DNA from: an uncultured Acidobacteriota bacterium
GTDB lineage: Bacteria > Acidobacteriota > Thermoanaerobaculia > UBA5066 > Gp7-AA6
Reading direction: 5' to 3'
Length of the DNA: 64,000 nt
NCBI GenBank assembly: GCA_963825175.1
Contig: CAWGSA010000001.1
Span: forward strand, 1,116,706-1,180,705
Shown: positions 16,435 to 26,341 of the stretch, in pieces
Numbering within the stretch: position 1 is the stretch's first letter
How the letters are laid out: every line of letters starts with the position of its first letter
Program-made: the position numbers and the translations under genes
The notes under the pieces: model-generated
The model's database searches: none
Seen by the model: only the letters and a program-made list of their open reading frames with translations
What the model was told of the DNA's origin: nothing

Positions 16435-18671
16435 ACCCGCACGGTCTCCCCTTTCTCGTTACGGCTGCAGGCTTTCTCGAAGACGGGGGTCTCGAAGAGA
16501 TCTCCGTCGCGCGTCAGGAGGACCCAGGTCGTGCCCCACACGGCGTCCCCCATCCTCGGCTTGTCGACCACGCACATCGGGAGCTGCAGCGAATTTGCGA
16601 GCCCCCGCACCACGGGCTCCAGATTCAGCTGCCGGTTGGAGATGTGGATCGCCAGGATGCCGTCCGGCGCCAGATGGCCGAGGTAGATCCGCAGGGCCTC
16701 GCGCGTCAAGAGATGCACCGGGATCGCATCGCTCGAAAACGCGTCGACCGCCAGCACGTCGTAGCGCTGCGATCCCCGCGCGAGCTCCCGCTCCATCGAG
16801 AGCCGGGCGTCTCCCAGAACGATCTCGATTCGGGCCCGGCTGTCGGCGAGATAGGTGAAGAGCCGCTGCCGCCCCATGGAGAGGGCGACCACGCCCGGAT
16901 TGATGTCGTAGAAGCGGAACGTGTCTCCCGGCCTCCCGTACGAGGCGATCGTTCCGGTGCCGAGCCCGACCGCGCCGACCTTCAGGGGCCCCGCCGACCG
17001 CCGCGGGTGATCGAGCAGGGCCAGGCCGATACCGCTCTCCTGCGTGTAGTAGGTCGTCGGCGACCGGCGCTTGTCGCCGTTCTGATACTGAAATCCGTGG
17101 ACGATACGGCCGTTGCGCAGATCGAGCCGCTCCAGATCCGGATCGTCGGCGTTGACCCTCTCGACGGTCAGCACCCCGTAGAAATTGCGGGAAACGGAGA
17201 CCGCCGCGGCGAGGAAAGACTGAACGTCTGAGATCAGCAGAAAGGCGAGGCATCCTGCCGCTCCCAGCAGACAGCTTCCGGCGAACCACGGCCGGCCGGA
17301 TGCGGTGAGCATCTTCAGCCGCAGGAGGACCAGAATCGCCGCGACGCCGGCGCCGGCCGCGAGCAAGCCGCCGCTGGTCTTCAAGAGATCGCGCACACCG
17401 GTCAGTCCGGAGGCGAAGACCTCCGGATCGCGCGCGTCGTACAGGACCGCCGCCAGGCCGACGAGGACGACGAGCGCCGGCCACGGCCGCCGCCGATGAA
17501 TCCAGGAGGAGCGGTCGCGCACCAGGGCCGCGATCGCCAGCAGCGCCGTGAGCACGAGCGCAACGTGGATCTCCAGAAACGTCCGAAAGATCCGGGGCGC
17601 GATGAGAGCGACGAAGATGCCGCCAGCGGCGCCCCCGGCGGCGATCGTCAGGTAGAACGCGGTCAGGCGGCGCGGTTCCGGCTTGGAGCGCGCCAGCTCG
17701 CCGTGGAGCACCATGCAGGCGGCGAAAAGCGCCGCGCAGTCGGCCAGGACCTGTGTCCGGATCGAGACCTCGAATCCCCGGAAGAGAACGAGTCCCGCCC
17801 AGCCCAGGGCCGCGGCGAGCGCCGGGCCGAAGAGCCAGCGCGCGTAGAGCCGATCGTTCTCGAAACAGATGACGAATGACAGCAGATAGAGACAGAGCGG
17901 CAGGATCCACAGAAACGGGATCGACGCGACCTCCTGGCACATCTGGTTGGTCGTCGCCAGCAGCATCATCGAGCCGCACGCCGCCAGCGCGAACCAGAAG
18001 AGATAGGGAAGGCGCTTCGATAAGACCGGCGCCGCGCCGCCGCCCTCCGGTGCCTCCTGCGGACCGAGCCTCCCCGCCCGCCAGGCGCACAGAAGCGAGC
18101 CCGCGCAGAACGCGGCGTAGGTGCCGGCCCAGACCCAGCCCTGCGCGCGCAGGGGAAGGAACCGCTCGACCAGCGGCGGATAGGTCACCAGGGCCAGCAG
18201 CGACCCGAGGTTGGACAGCGCGTACAGGCGATAAACGCGGGTGCCGGGATGCGTGCGCGCGGCCCACGCCTGGAGAAGCGGGCTGGTGGAGGACAGGAGC
18301 AGGTACGGAAGCCCCACGCTCACGGCGAGCAGAACGAGGATCCGCTCGACCGGCCGCTCCGGATCGACAGGCTTCCACCCCGGGCCCGGCAGGATCGGAG
18401 ATCCCCAGGAGAACGCCAGCGCCACCAGCGCGGACAGCGAAAGAAGAACGAGCGAGACGTGGACGGCGCGGGCCGCGCGCGGGCTCAAACGGCTGACGAG
18501 GCCGTGCGCGTAGAGGTACCCGGCCAGGAGCACCAGCTGGAAGAAGAGCAGGCACGTCGACCACACCGCCGGCGCTCCGCCGAACCACGGAAGGATGTAC
18601 TTGCCGATGAGCGGCTGGATCTGGAAGAGAAGGAACGCCTCGAGGAAGATCGTGACCGCGTAGGCGAGCAT
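16392..18671 (-). CDS. fused polytopic membrane domain / spermidine synthase-like aminopropyltransferase family protein
   Basis: About 480 aa of TM helices, followed by a C-terminal SpeE-like Rossmann region (VGLGTGTIASYG, VLAVDAFSSDAIPVHLLT). Confidence 0.7.
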   Translation of the reverse strand: MLAYAVTIFLEAFLLFQIQPLIGKYILPWFGGAPAVWSTCLLFFQLVLLAGYLYAHGLVSRLSPRAARAVHVSLVLLSLSALVALAFSWGSPILPGPGWKPVDPERPVERILVLLAVSVGLPYLLLSSTSPLLQAWAARTHPGTRVYRLYALSNLGSLLALVTYPPLVERFLPLRAQGWVWAGTYAAFCAGSLLCAWRAGRLGPQEAPEGGGAAPVLSKRLPYLFWFALAACGSMMLLATTNQMCQEVASIPFLWILPLCLYLLSFVICFENDRLYARWLFGPALAAALGWAGLVLFRGFEVSIRTQVLADCAALFAACMVLHGELARSKPEPRRLTAFYLTIAAGGAAGGIFVALIAPRIFRTFLEIHVALVLTALLAIAALVRDRSSWIHRRRPWPALVVLVGLAAVLYDARDPEVFASGLTGVRDLLKTSGGLLAAGAGVAAILVLLRLKMLTASGRPWFAGSCLLGAAGCLAFLLISDVQSFLAAAVSVSRNFYGVLTVERVNADDPDLERLDLRNGRIVHGFQYQNGDKRRSPTTYYTQESGIGLALLDHPRRSAGPLKVGAVGLGTGTIASYGRPGDTFRFYDINPGVVALSMGRQRLFTYLADSRARIEIVLGDARLSMERELARGSQRYDVLAVDAFSSDAIPVHLLTREALRIYLGHLAPDGILAIHISNRQLNLEPVVRGLANSLQLPMCVVDKPRMGDAVWGTTWVLLTRDGDLFETPVFEKACSRNEKGETVRVWTDDYSNLFQVLK

Positions 18672-18745
18672 AGGGCGGCGCGATTATCCGACACGTCGAT
18701 CCCGCCTGTCCGGAGGACGCGATGGCGCCTCTGCGTTCTCCCTTT

Positions 18746-21481
18746 CTAACGGCGAAAGTCGACGGCTGGAGGCGAGACGCGCCGATTGGGGGCGTCGCCA
18801 AGGTCGCGCAGCGCAATGACCCAGAGCTCGCGGCCGGTGACGCCGTCGTTGGCGGAAAAGTAGACCAGCGGGCCGACGTCGAAGAAGTCGGTGGGGGACG
18901 ACGAGTACGGCCCGGGCACGAGGTCTTCCACCATGGAGGTGCCCGCCTCCGTGCCGTCGCTCCTCCAGAGCTCCTTGCCATTCACTCCGTCGTCGGCTCC
19001 GAAGAGGAGAATCCCGGCCACGTCGACCATGTTCGCGATATCCGAGCCGGCGGGCCCCGGCCGAATGTCCTTGACCAGGTTCGTTCCCCCGGGCGTCCCG
19101 TCGCTCGCCCAGAGCTCGGTGCCGTGGTCGTCATCGCGAGCGAGAAAGAAGATCCGGCCGCCGGAGACGACCGGCGAAACGGGAAAGTCGACGAGCTGGG
19201 CCGGCCGGATATCGCGGACGAGGTCGGTGCCGGCAACCGTCCCGTCCGATTTCCAGAGCTGTCTTCCCCGCTCGGCGTCGTCCGCACCGAAAAAGACACT
19301 CGCGCCCAGCGTAAGAAGATTGATCAGGCCGATGCTCGACTCGCCGCGTGGAATCGTCTTCACGAGGATCGTGCCGGTGGACGTCCCGTCGCTCTTCCAG
19401 AGGCCGTCCGGATTCGGCGACACGAAGTAGAGCGTTCCGCCGGCGTCGACCATCCGCTCGGCCGGAACGTGCCTGACCTCGACCGTGCCGGCCTCCGTCC
19501 CGTCGCTCTTCCAGAGCCCGGGACCGTTTTCGAAATCCTGATATGCCTCGAAGAAGAGCGTCGACCCAACGGCTGCCAGCCACTGTGGGATCGACCCGAC
19601 GGCTCCCGGCTCGACGTCCTTGACCAAATGGGTCCCGTTGGGTGTTCCGTCGGTGACCCATAGCTCGTCCCCGTGGTCGACGTCCGCGGCCGAAAAGAAA
19701 AGCTGGTTCCCGGCGACCGTCAAGGCGCTGGGATAGGACTCGCTGCTTCCGGGACTGCCCGGTCCGGGCACCGCGATGTCCTTGAACAGGCCAGTCCCGG
19801 CGATGCTGCCGTCGGTTCGCCACAGCTCCAATCCCCTGTTATCCCGAGCGGCGAAATAGAGAGCACCGTGGAAAAGGGTTGGAACCGACGGTGCTCCCGA
19901 AAGGAGCGCGTCGGGTCCCGGCGTTGCGTTCGCCAGCTCGAACGTGCCCTCCTCCGTCCCGCTGGTCAGCCAGAAGCGCCGATCGAAGGGCTCCTCCTCG
20001 GCCGTGAAGAGGAGCGTCCCGCCGACGCTCGCGCTCGGAAGAGGATTGGACGAGACGTCTCCTGCGTCGAGCCTGCGGACGCGCGAAGTTCCGGAAGCAG
20101 AGCCGTCCGTTCTCCACAGGAAGAAGCCGTCGTCGGCTGTGGCGCCGAAGTACATCCAACCATCGAGCGCCTTCAGGAGAATCGGGTCCGAGTCCCCCGG
20201 TCCCCGGCGCAGGTCGGCGACGAGCGCCGTTCCCTCCGGAGTGCCGTCGCTCCTCCAGAGCTCGCGCCCGTGTACGAGCTCGCTTCCCGGAAAGTACTCG
20301 AAGCCTCCGCCCGACGCGAAAAGACCGAGAGCCGATGGTCCTCCAAGCCGGACCGTTCCCGCCGCGGTCCCGTCGCTGATCCACAGATCCTGGCCGAAGC
20401 CTTCGTCGACCACGAGCATCATGCGGTCCTGGAGCTCCGGCACCGCCGCGAGAAAGATGAGCGCATCGCCGGGACCCGGATTGATGTCCACGACCAGGCG
20501 CGTGCCGGCTGTCGTTCCGTCGCTTCGCCAGAGCTCGCTGCCGTGCTCGGGATCGCGCGCGGCAAAGTAGATCGTCCCATCCACGGAGAGCAGACCCTGG
20601 GGATAGTCGAAAGCGTTGCCCGCACCCGGAAAGATGTCCGCAACGAGTCTCGTACCGGATCGCGTCCCGTCGCTTTTCCAGAGCTCCAGCCCCGCGGTTC
20701 CGTCGTCACCCATGAAGTAGGCGATGCCGAGATTGTCCACGAGCCCGGCGGGGCCGAACGTCGGACAAATGTCGGGACAGACTCCGCCGAAGACTGTGCC
20801 CACGAAGTCCGCGAGGAGCCGCGTTCCGCCGTTGGTCCCGTCGGTCGTCCAAAGGCCGTACGGCCGAGCGGGGTTCGGAGCCGTGCCGAAGAAGAAGAGA
20901 TGCCCGCCGACCACGGTCAATTCACGAGGTCGGAGACCGACGGGCGCGGGAAAGAAGTCGGTGACGCGAACCGTGCCGTCTTCGGTTCCGTCGGTCTTCC
21001 AGAGCTGATCGCCCCCGACCGGGTCGGCGGCTCCAAAGTACAACTCTCCGCCAAACACGGTGAGTCCGCCATCGAACCTGCTGGCAGGGGGCAGACGCAC
21101 GACCATTCGAGTGCCGTCCGCCGAGCCGTCGCTGCGAAACAGACCGGCTTGGGAGTCTCCATTCCCCGCGACGAAGTAGAGAAGGCCCTGGAAAACCGTC
21201 AGGCTCGACGGGCCTGCGTTTTGCCCCAGGTCCTTGACCAGACCGGTTCCCGCCTCCGTCCCGTCGGTCCTCCAGAGCTGCGAGCCGTCACTGGTCGTCG
21301 ACGCGGCGAAAAAGAGCACATCGCCGACGACGGCGGACTCGCCGACCGCGTCGACGGTCGTTCCGAGTGTCGTGCGGATGTCTTTGACCAGATGCGCGTG
21401 TCCGCTGGCCTCTGGGACGAGAGCCAACGACATGGCCAGAGGCGTGAGGAGCCCGAACCAACGCGGGAGAACCATGAACAT
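18746..21481 (-). CDS. ELWxxDGT repeat protein (secreted beta-propeller-like)
   Basis: Signal peptide, then about 17 repeats of G.ELW[RK][ST]DGT.AGT.LV.DI.PG. Confidence 0.75.
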   Translation of the reverse strand: MFMVLPRWFGLLTPLAMSLALVPEASGHAHLVKDIRTTLGTTVDAVGESAVVGDVLFFAASTTSDGSQLWRTDGTEAGTGLVKDLGQNAGPSSLTVFQGLLYFVAGNGDSQAGLFRSDGSADGTRMVVRLPPASRFDGGLTVFGGELYFGAADPVGGDQLWKTDGTEDGTVRVTDFFPAPVGLRPRELTVVGGHLFFFGTAPNPARPYGLWTTDGTNGGTRLLADFVGTVFGGVCPDICPTFGPAGLVDNLGIAYFMGDDGTAGLELWKSDGTRSGTRLVADIFPGAGNAFDYPQGLLSVDGTIYFAARDPEHGSELWRSDGTTAGTRLVVDINPGPGDALIFLAAVPELQDRMMLVVDEGFGQDLWISDGTAAGTVRLGGPSALGLFASGGGFEYFPGSELVHGRELWRSDGTPEGTALVADLRRGPGDSDPILLKALDGWMYFGATADDGFFLWRTDGSASGTSRVRRLDAGDVSSNPLPSASVGGTLLFTAEEEPFDRRFWLTSGTEEGTFELANATPGPDALLSGAPSVPTLFHGALYFAARDNRGLELWRTDGSIAGTGLFKDIAVPGPGSPGSSESYPSALTVAGNQLFFSAADVDHGDELWVTDGTPNGTHLVKDVEPGAVGSIPQWLAAVGSTLFFEAYQDFENGPGLWKSDGTEAGTVEVRHVPAERMVDAGGTLYFVSPNPDGLWKSDGTSTGTILVKTIPRGESSIGLINLLTLGASVFFGADDAERGRQLWKSDGTVAGTDLVRDIRPAQLVDFPVSPVVSGGRIFFLARDDDHGTELWASDGTPGGTNLVKDIRPGPAGSDIANMVDVAGILLFGADDGVNGKELWRSDGTEAGTSMVEDLVPGPYSSSPTDFFDVGPLVYFSANDGVTGRELWVIALRDLGDAPNRRVSPPAVDFRR

Positions 21482-21548
21482 GGGACCGTGTACCTGCCGC
21501 TCATTCTAGCCGAGGCCCGTGCCCGCGACCGGCGAAGGCTTGCTCCCT

Positions 21549-23147
21549 TCAGCGCTCCCGCGTTCGATCGCCCAGCCACGCGGCGGCCAACGCGGCCAAC
21601 CCCACGAGAACATACGCCGCGCTCGTCGCGGCGCTGGGGCTCCGGGAGAGCGCGCCGGCGAAATCCGCGGCGGGAAGGCGATTGATCGCGGCGTACCACA
21701 GGATCAGGAAGAGCGCGGAGAAGAGCTTTCCGCCGCCTGTCAGCCAGCCGCAGGCGGTGGCGACGAAGGCGAAGAAGAAGAGGCCGAATACGAGCTCGAT
21801 GCCCTTGATCGGCGCCGCGGCAAACGCCCGGACGATGGCCGGCGAGCCGAGCGCCAGAAGGAACAGGACAAGGCTTCCCGCTTTCCACAACAAGGGAGAA
21901 GCGGGGACTCCGGGCTGTGAGAAGACGAGCCCGCGGGTTCCGGCGAGCTCTTCGCGGGCCGCCGATTCCGAGACGACCGGGATGAGCAGCAGAAAGAAAG
22001 CCGCGAGCGACGGCGCGACGGCCGGAGCGGGAAGGACCGCGGCCGCGAGCGCGCTCGCCGCGAGCGGCCACTTGATCCAGTTGGCACCGCTCCAGATCAG
22101 TCGCGCCTCGGCCAGGAGGGCCGCGGCGGCGGAAGGCCTCGCGGGATTCCCGGCCAGAGCCATTGGACCGACGTGGATCGCCGGCGGGGAAGCCGCTGCA
22201 ACCGCCGTCCCTTCGGGCCGTTGCCCTTCCCGAGCCCGGCGTCGGCGTCCCCGGCCCGAGCGCGCGGGGTCGAAGCGGTCGAAGAGCAGCGCCGCCAGCG
22301 CGAGCGGCGCCAGGGCGAAGATGCCGTTGAGGGCCCGCACCGCGCAGAGACGCGCGGTAACCTGCACTCCGGGCCACGGGACCCGGGAGACCGGCCGGTC
22401 GTGGATGATGAGACCGGTCGAGATCGAAACTCCCGAGGGAACGGTCTGGCGCACGAGCCAGTCCTGTGTGGCGAAACCGGCGGGGTCGAAAATCGGCAAT
22501 CGTCCCGGCCCGGCGCGGGAGACCCCGGCGAGGGAGTGCGGCAGGGCGACGAGCAGGAGAAGGAAGGTAAAGAACCAGATCACGAGGCCGGCCCTGCCTC
22601 GCAGCCCCGGCGTGACGTCGAAGAGAAGAGCCAGTGACGCGGTGACGGCGACCGCGGGAATCGAGATCAGGATCGGCAGTGCGAAGAAATCGAGCGGAGC
22701 GAATGGACCCGCTCCGAATCGCCAGAACGCGACGAGCCCCGCCGAAAGCGTCATGGCGGCGACCAACGCGAGATACAGGGCATGTGCCGCGAACTTGCCC
22801 AGAATGTACTGCCCGCGCGAGAGAGGTGTGGCCGCGAGGATCGCGCCGACGCCGCAGTCCCGGTCCCGGCGCACCGCTCCCACCACCAGGTAGAAGCCGA
22901 ACCACGCCACGAGACTCGCCACCACCAGCGAGGCGGCGAACCCGACATAGGAGGAGGTGTAGACGGGCGCGAGATCCGTTCCCCCCGGCATCCTCCAGCT
23001 CAACGAAGCGACTCGGCCCCTCGGGTCGGGGATCCAGAGAAGGGAGCCGGCAAAGGCGGCCAGGATCGCGACGAGGGTGCCGGGCGAGCGCAGCCGGGTC
23101 CGGACCTCGGCCTGGACCTGCGCGCCGACGACGTCGAGGATCCTCAC
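21549..23147 (-). CDS. ABC-2 type transporter permease
   Basis: Polytopic membrane protein immediately downstream of the ABC ATPase, overlapping by 4 nt. Confidence 0.55.
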   Translation of the reverse strand: MRILDVVGAQVQAEVRTRLRSPGTLVAILAAFAGSLLWIPDPRGRVASLSWRMPGGTDLAPVYTSSYVGFAASLVVASLVAWFGFYLVVGAVRRDRDCGVGAILAATPLSRGQYILGKFAAHALYLALVAAMTLSAGLVAFWRFGAGPFAPLDFFALPILISIPAVAVTASLALLFDVTPGLRGRAGLVIWFFTFLLLLVALPHSLAGVSRAGPGRLPIFDPAGFATQDWLVRQTVPSGVSISTGLIIHDRPVSRVPWPGVQVTARLCAVRALNGIFALAPLALAALLFDRFDPARSGRGRRRRAREGQRPEGTAVAAASPPAIHVGPMALAGNPARPSAAAALLAEARLIWSGANWIKWPLAASALAAAVLPAPAVAPSLAAFFLLLIPVVSESAAREELAGTRGLVFSQPGVPASPLLWKAGSLVLFLLALGSPAIVRAFAAAPIKGIELVFGLFFFAFVATACGWLTGGGKLFSALFLILWYAAINRLPAADFAGALSRSPSAATSAAYVLVGLAALAAAWLGDRTRER

Positions 23148-24025
23148 GCCGCGAGATCTCCTTCGGAGGAGAGCTGCATCGCGAGGTACGCGTCCTCGAG
23201 CGTCGGCTCGACGGCCCGGGCCGCGGGCAGCGCGGCGCCGCTGCCGACGTAGCGCACGTGGACTCCGTCCGCCCGCCGCATCAGGCTCGAGACATGCACC
23301 GCGCTCTGGGCCTGGCTCAGGAGCTCGGAGGAGACGACGGCGGAGAAGACCTGCCCCTCGGCCCGGGACAGGAGGTCCTCCGGTGAGGCGTCGGCTAGGA
23401 GACGCCCCCGGCGCAGAACTGCGATCCGGGAAGCGACCGCCTCGACGTCCGACACGATGTGGGTCGAGAGGATCACCACCCGACGCTGCGCGATCTCGGA
23501 GAGAAGGTTGCGAAAGCGCACCCGCTCCTCCGGGTCGAGGCCGACCGTCGGCTCATCGACGATCAGGAGCCGGGGATCTCCCAGGAGGGCCTGCGCGATA
23601 CCGACACGCTGCCGCATCCCGCCGGAGAAGCCGGCCAGCCGCCGGTTGCCCGCCGTATGCAGGTTGGTCAACTCGAGCAGGCGGCTCAGACGCCGGTCCA
23701 GATCCGCACCGGAGAGGCCCTTCAAGCGGCCCAGGTAGCGCAGGAACTCGCGGGCCGTCAGCTTTTCGTAGACTCCGAAATCCTGGGGCAGGTATCCGAG
23801 CTGACGGCGAACGCAGAGCGGATCGGAGACCGCGTCGCGTCCCTCCCATAGAAAAGTCCCCGACGTCGGACGCGTCACCGTGGCCAAAATCGACATCAAT
23901 GTCGTCTTTCCCGCTCCGTTGGGCCCCAGGAGGCCCAGGACCCCCTCTCCGGCCGTGAGCGAGAAGTCGGAAAGTCCCACCGTGCCGCCCCGATAGCGCT
24001 GCGTCAGAGATCGGATTTCGAGCAT
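23144..24025 (-). CDS. ABC transporter ATP-binding protein
   Basis: Walker A GPNGAGKTT, signature LSGGMRQR, Walker B LLIVDEPT. Start at MLEIRSL (CAT complement 24023-24025). Confidence 0.85.
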   Translation of the reverse strand: MLEIRSLTQRYRGGTVGLSDFSLTAGEGVLGLLGPNGAGKTTLMSILATVTRPTSGTFLWEGRDAVSDPLCVRRQLGYLPQDFGVYEKLTAREFLRYLGRLKGLSGADLDRRLSRLLELTNLHTAGNRRLAGFSGGMRQRVGIAQALLGDPRLLIVDEPTVGLDPEERVRFRNLLSEIAQRRVVILSTHIVSDVEAVASRIAVLRRGRLLADASPEDLLSRAEGQVFSAVVSSELLSQAQSAVHVSSLMRRADGVHVRYVGSGAALPAARAVEPTLEDAYLAMQLSSEGDLAA

Positions 24026-24228
24026 GGACGTCTCCCTGGGGTTTGCTAGCGATACGGAATCGGTGGGGTCTTGTTCCGCATCTCCCCCCGCGGGCGCCGC
24101 CTCCCACTGCGGCTTTGCGAACATTTCCGGCCGGCCTGCGTATCGAAAGGATGCAGGACAAACGGATGGCGGCAATGGAATCGAAGTCCCCGGAGGGCCG
24201 GCGGTTACCGGCATTCTTGAGGTTTTTC

Positions 24229-25446
24229 ATGAAGAAAAAGCGTTGGATCTGGATCACCGTCGGCGCCCTGGTCGTGGGAGGCGCCTTCGTCGCCGCGCGC
24301 GGGAGGGACAAGGCCGATCCGAAGGAGAAGGCGAGTCCGTTCCGGCTCGGAAAGGTCCAGCAGGAAGACCTGCAGGTTTCCGTCCGCGAGGTCGGCGTGG
24401 TCGATCCGGTCACGAAGGTCGACGTCAAGTCCGCCGTCTCCGGGCGCGTTATCTCGCTGCGGGTGCGCGAGGGCGCGGTGGTCAAGACCGGCGACGTGCT
24501 GGCGGAAGTCGAACCGGACGTCAACCAGGCCCAGACCCTCTCCGACACCCAGGCCGGGCTGACCCAGGCGGAACTGAAGCTCCAGGACGCCGAACGCGAG
24601 TACGGAATGCAGAAGGCGCTCTTCGACCAGGGGCTTCTGGGAAGCGACGCGTTCAAACAGGTCAAGAACGCCCACGAACAGGCGGTCGAAGCGTTGAAGG
24701 CGGCCAGGATGCGCTACCAGATCGTCGAAGACCGCGGTATTCCGATTTCCGGGAGCGCCGCTTCGCAGAACGCGCGCGTGACCTCGCCGATGTCGGGGGT
24801 GGTGATCAAGAAGGGTGTGGAGCTGGGCGAGACGGTCACCTCCGGCGTCTCCTCCTTCAACGCGGGGACGGTGCTCTTCACCGTGGCGGACCTGAAGTCG
24901 CTCATCATCCGCGTCAACTTGAACGAGGTCGACATCGCCAAGGTCCACGTGGGCCAACCGGTGCGCATCACGCTCGACGCCTATCCCCAGAAGGTCTTCA
25001 CCGGACGCGTGAGCTTCGTGGCTCCCTCCGCCGATCTGGTCGAGAAGATCAAGGTCTTCAAGGTCGAAGTGACGCTCGATCAGCTCGCCGACGCCTTCAA
25101 GACCGGAATGACCGCCAACGTCGAGATCCTCGGCGAGAAGCGGGACAAGGCGGTCTCGATCCCGCTCGAGGCTCTGCAGAAGCGCGACGGGCAGACCATC
25201 GTCTATAAGTTGAAGGATGGCCTGAAGCCGCAGCAGATCGCCGCGGCCAAGGACGGCCTCTCCGGCCGCAACAAGTTCATCTGGCTCTCCGATCACTGGA
25301 AGGAATACTTCGATGTCGCTCCGGTCAACGCCGGCATCGCCACGCTCGAGCGCATCGAGATCCTCTCGGGCGTCAAGCCCGGCCAGCAGGTCTGCCTCGA
25401 AGACCCGACCAAGAAGAAGGTCGAGAAGGACGACGACACGGACTAA
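24229..25446 (+). CDS. efflux transporter periplasmic adaptor subunit (HlyD/MacA family)
   Basis: N-terminal TM, then lipoyl/beta-barrel motifs (KVDVKSAVSGRVISLRVREGAVVKTGDVLAEVEPD). ATG verified at 24229. Confidence 0.8.
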   Translation: MKKKRWIWITVGALVVGGAFVAARGRDKADPKEKASPFRLGKVQQEDLQVSVREVGVVDPVTKVDVKSAVSGRVISLRVREGAVVKTGDVLAEVEPDVNQAQTLSDTQAGLTQAELKLQDAEREYGMQKALFDQGLLGSDAFKQVKNAHEQAVEALKAARMRYQIVEDRGIPISGSAASQNARVTSPMSGVVIKKGVELGETVTSGVSSFNAGTVLFTVADLKSLIIRVNLNEVDIAKVHVGQPVRITLDAYPQKVFTGRVSFVAPSADLVEKIKVFKVEVTLDQLADAFKTGMTANVEILGEKRDKAVSIPLEALQKRDGQTIVYKLKDGLKPQQIAAAKDGLSGRNKFIWLSDHWKEYFDVAPVNAGIATLERIEILSGVKPGQQVCLEDPTKKKVEKDDDTD

Positions 25447-25560
25447 GGGAATCGGGTGATCGCAGCGGGATCGGGTGATCGCAGCGGGATCGGGTGATCG
25501 CAGCGAGATCTCAGGTCACCGGTCGCCGATCACGCTGCGCTCCCGTTGCGATCATGCTGC
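25447..25560. repeat. intra-operon spacer array: 3 direct copies of GGGATCGGGTGATCGCAGC followed by 2 inverted partial copies
   Basis: gggaatcgggtgatcgcagcgggatcgggtgatcgcagcgggatcgggtgatcgcagcgagatc...gccgatcacgctgcg...gcgatcatgctgcgat, read directly. Confidence 0.75.
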
Positions 25561-25578
25561 GATTCGGAAGAGCGAGCC

Positions 25579-26259
<681 letters not shown>

Positions 26260-26261
26260 GG

Positions 26262-26338
26262 AAATCGGATCATCGGTTCATCGGCTCATCGACTCATCGG
26301 CCCCTCGTCGAGCCGCAATCGACCGCTGGACCGATCGA
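26262..26338. repeat. spacer array of YCATCGG heptamers (4-5 direct copies) followed by inverted CCGATNG copies
   Basis: atcggatcatcggttcatcggctcatcgactcatcgg...gaccgatcgaccgatggaccgattcc. Confidence 0.7.
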
Positions 26339-26341
26339 CCG

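Noticed and set aside
16459-18981. 840-aa minus-strand ORF overlapping the SpeE-like gene in another frame
   Set aside because: The alternative frame (16392..18671) gives a coherent membrane plus aminopropyltransferase protein. This frame is RG-rich.
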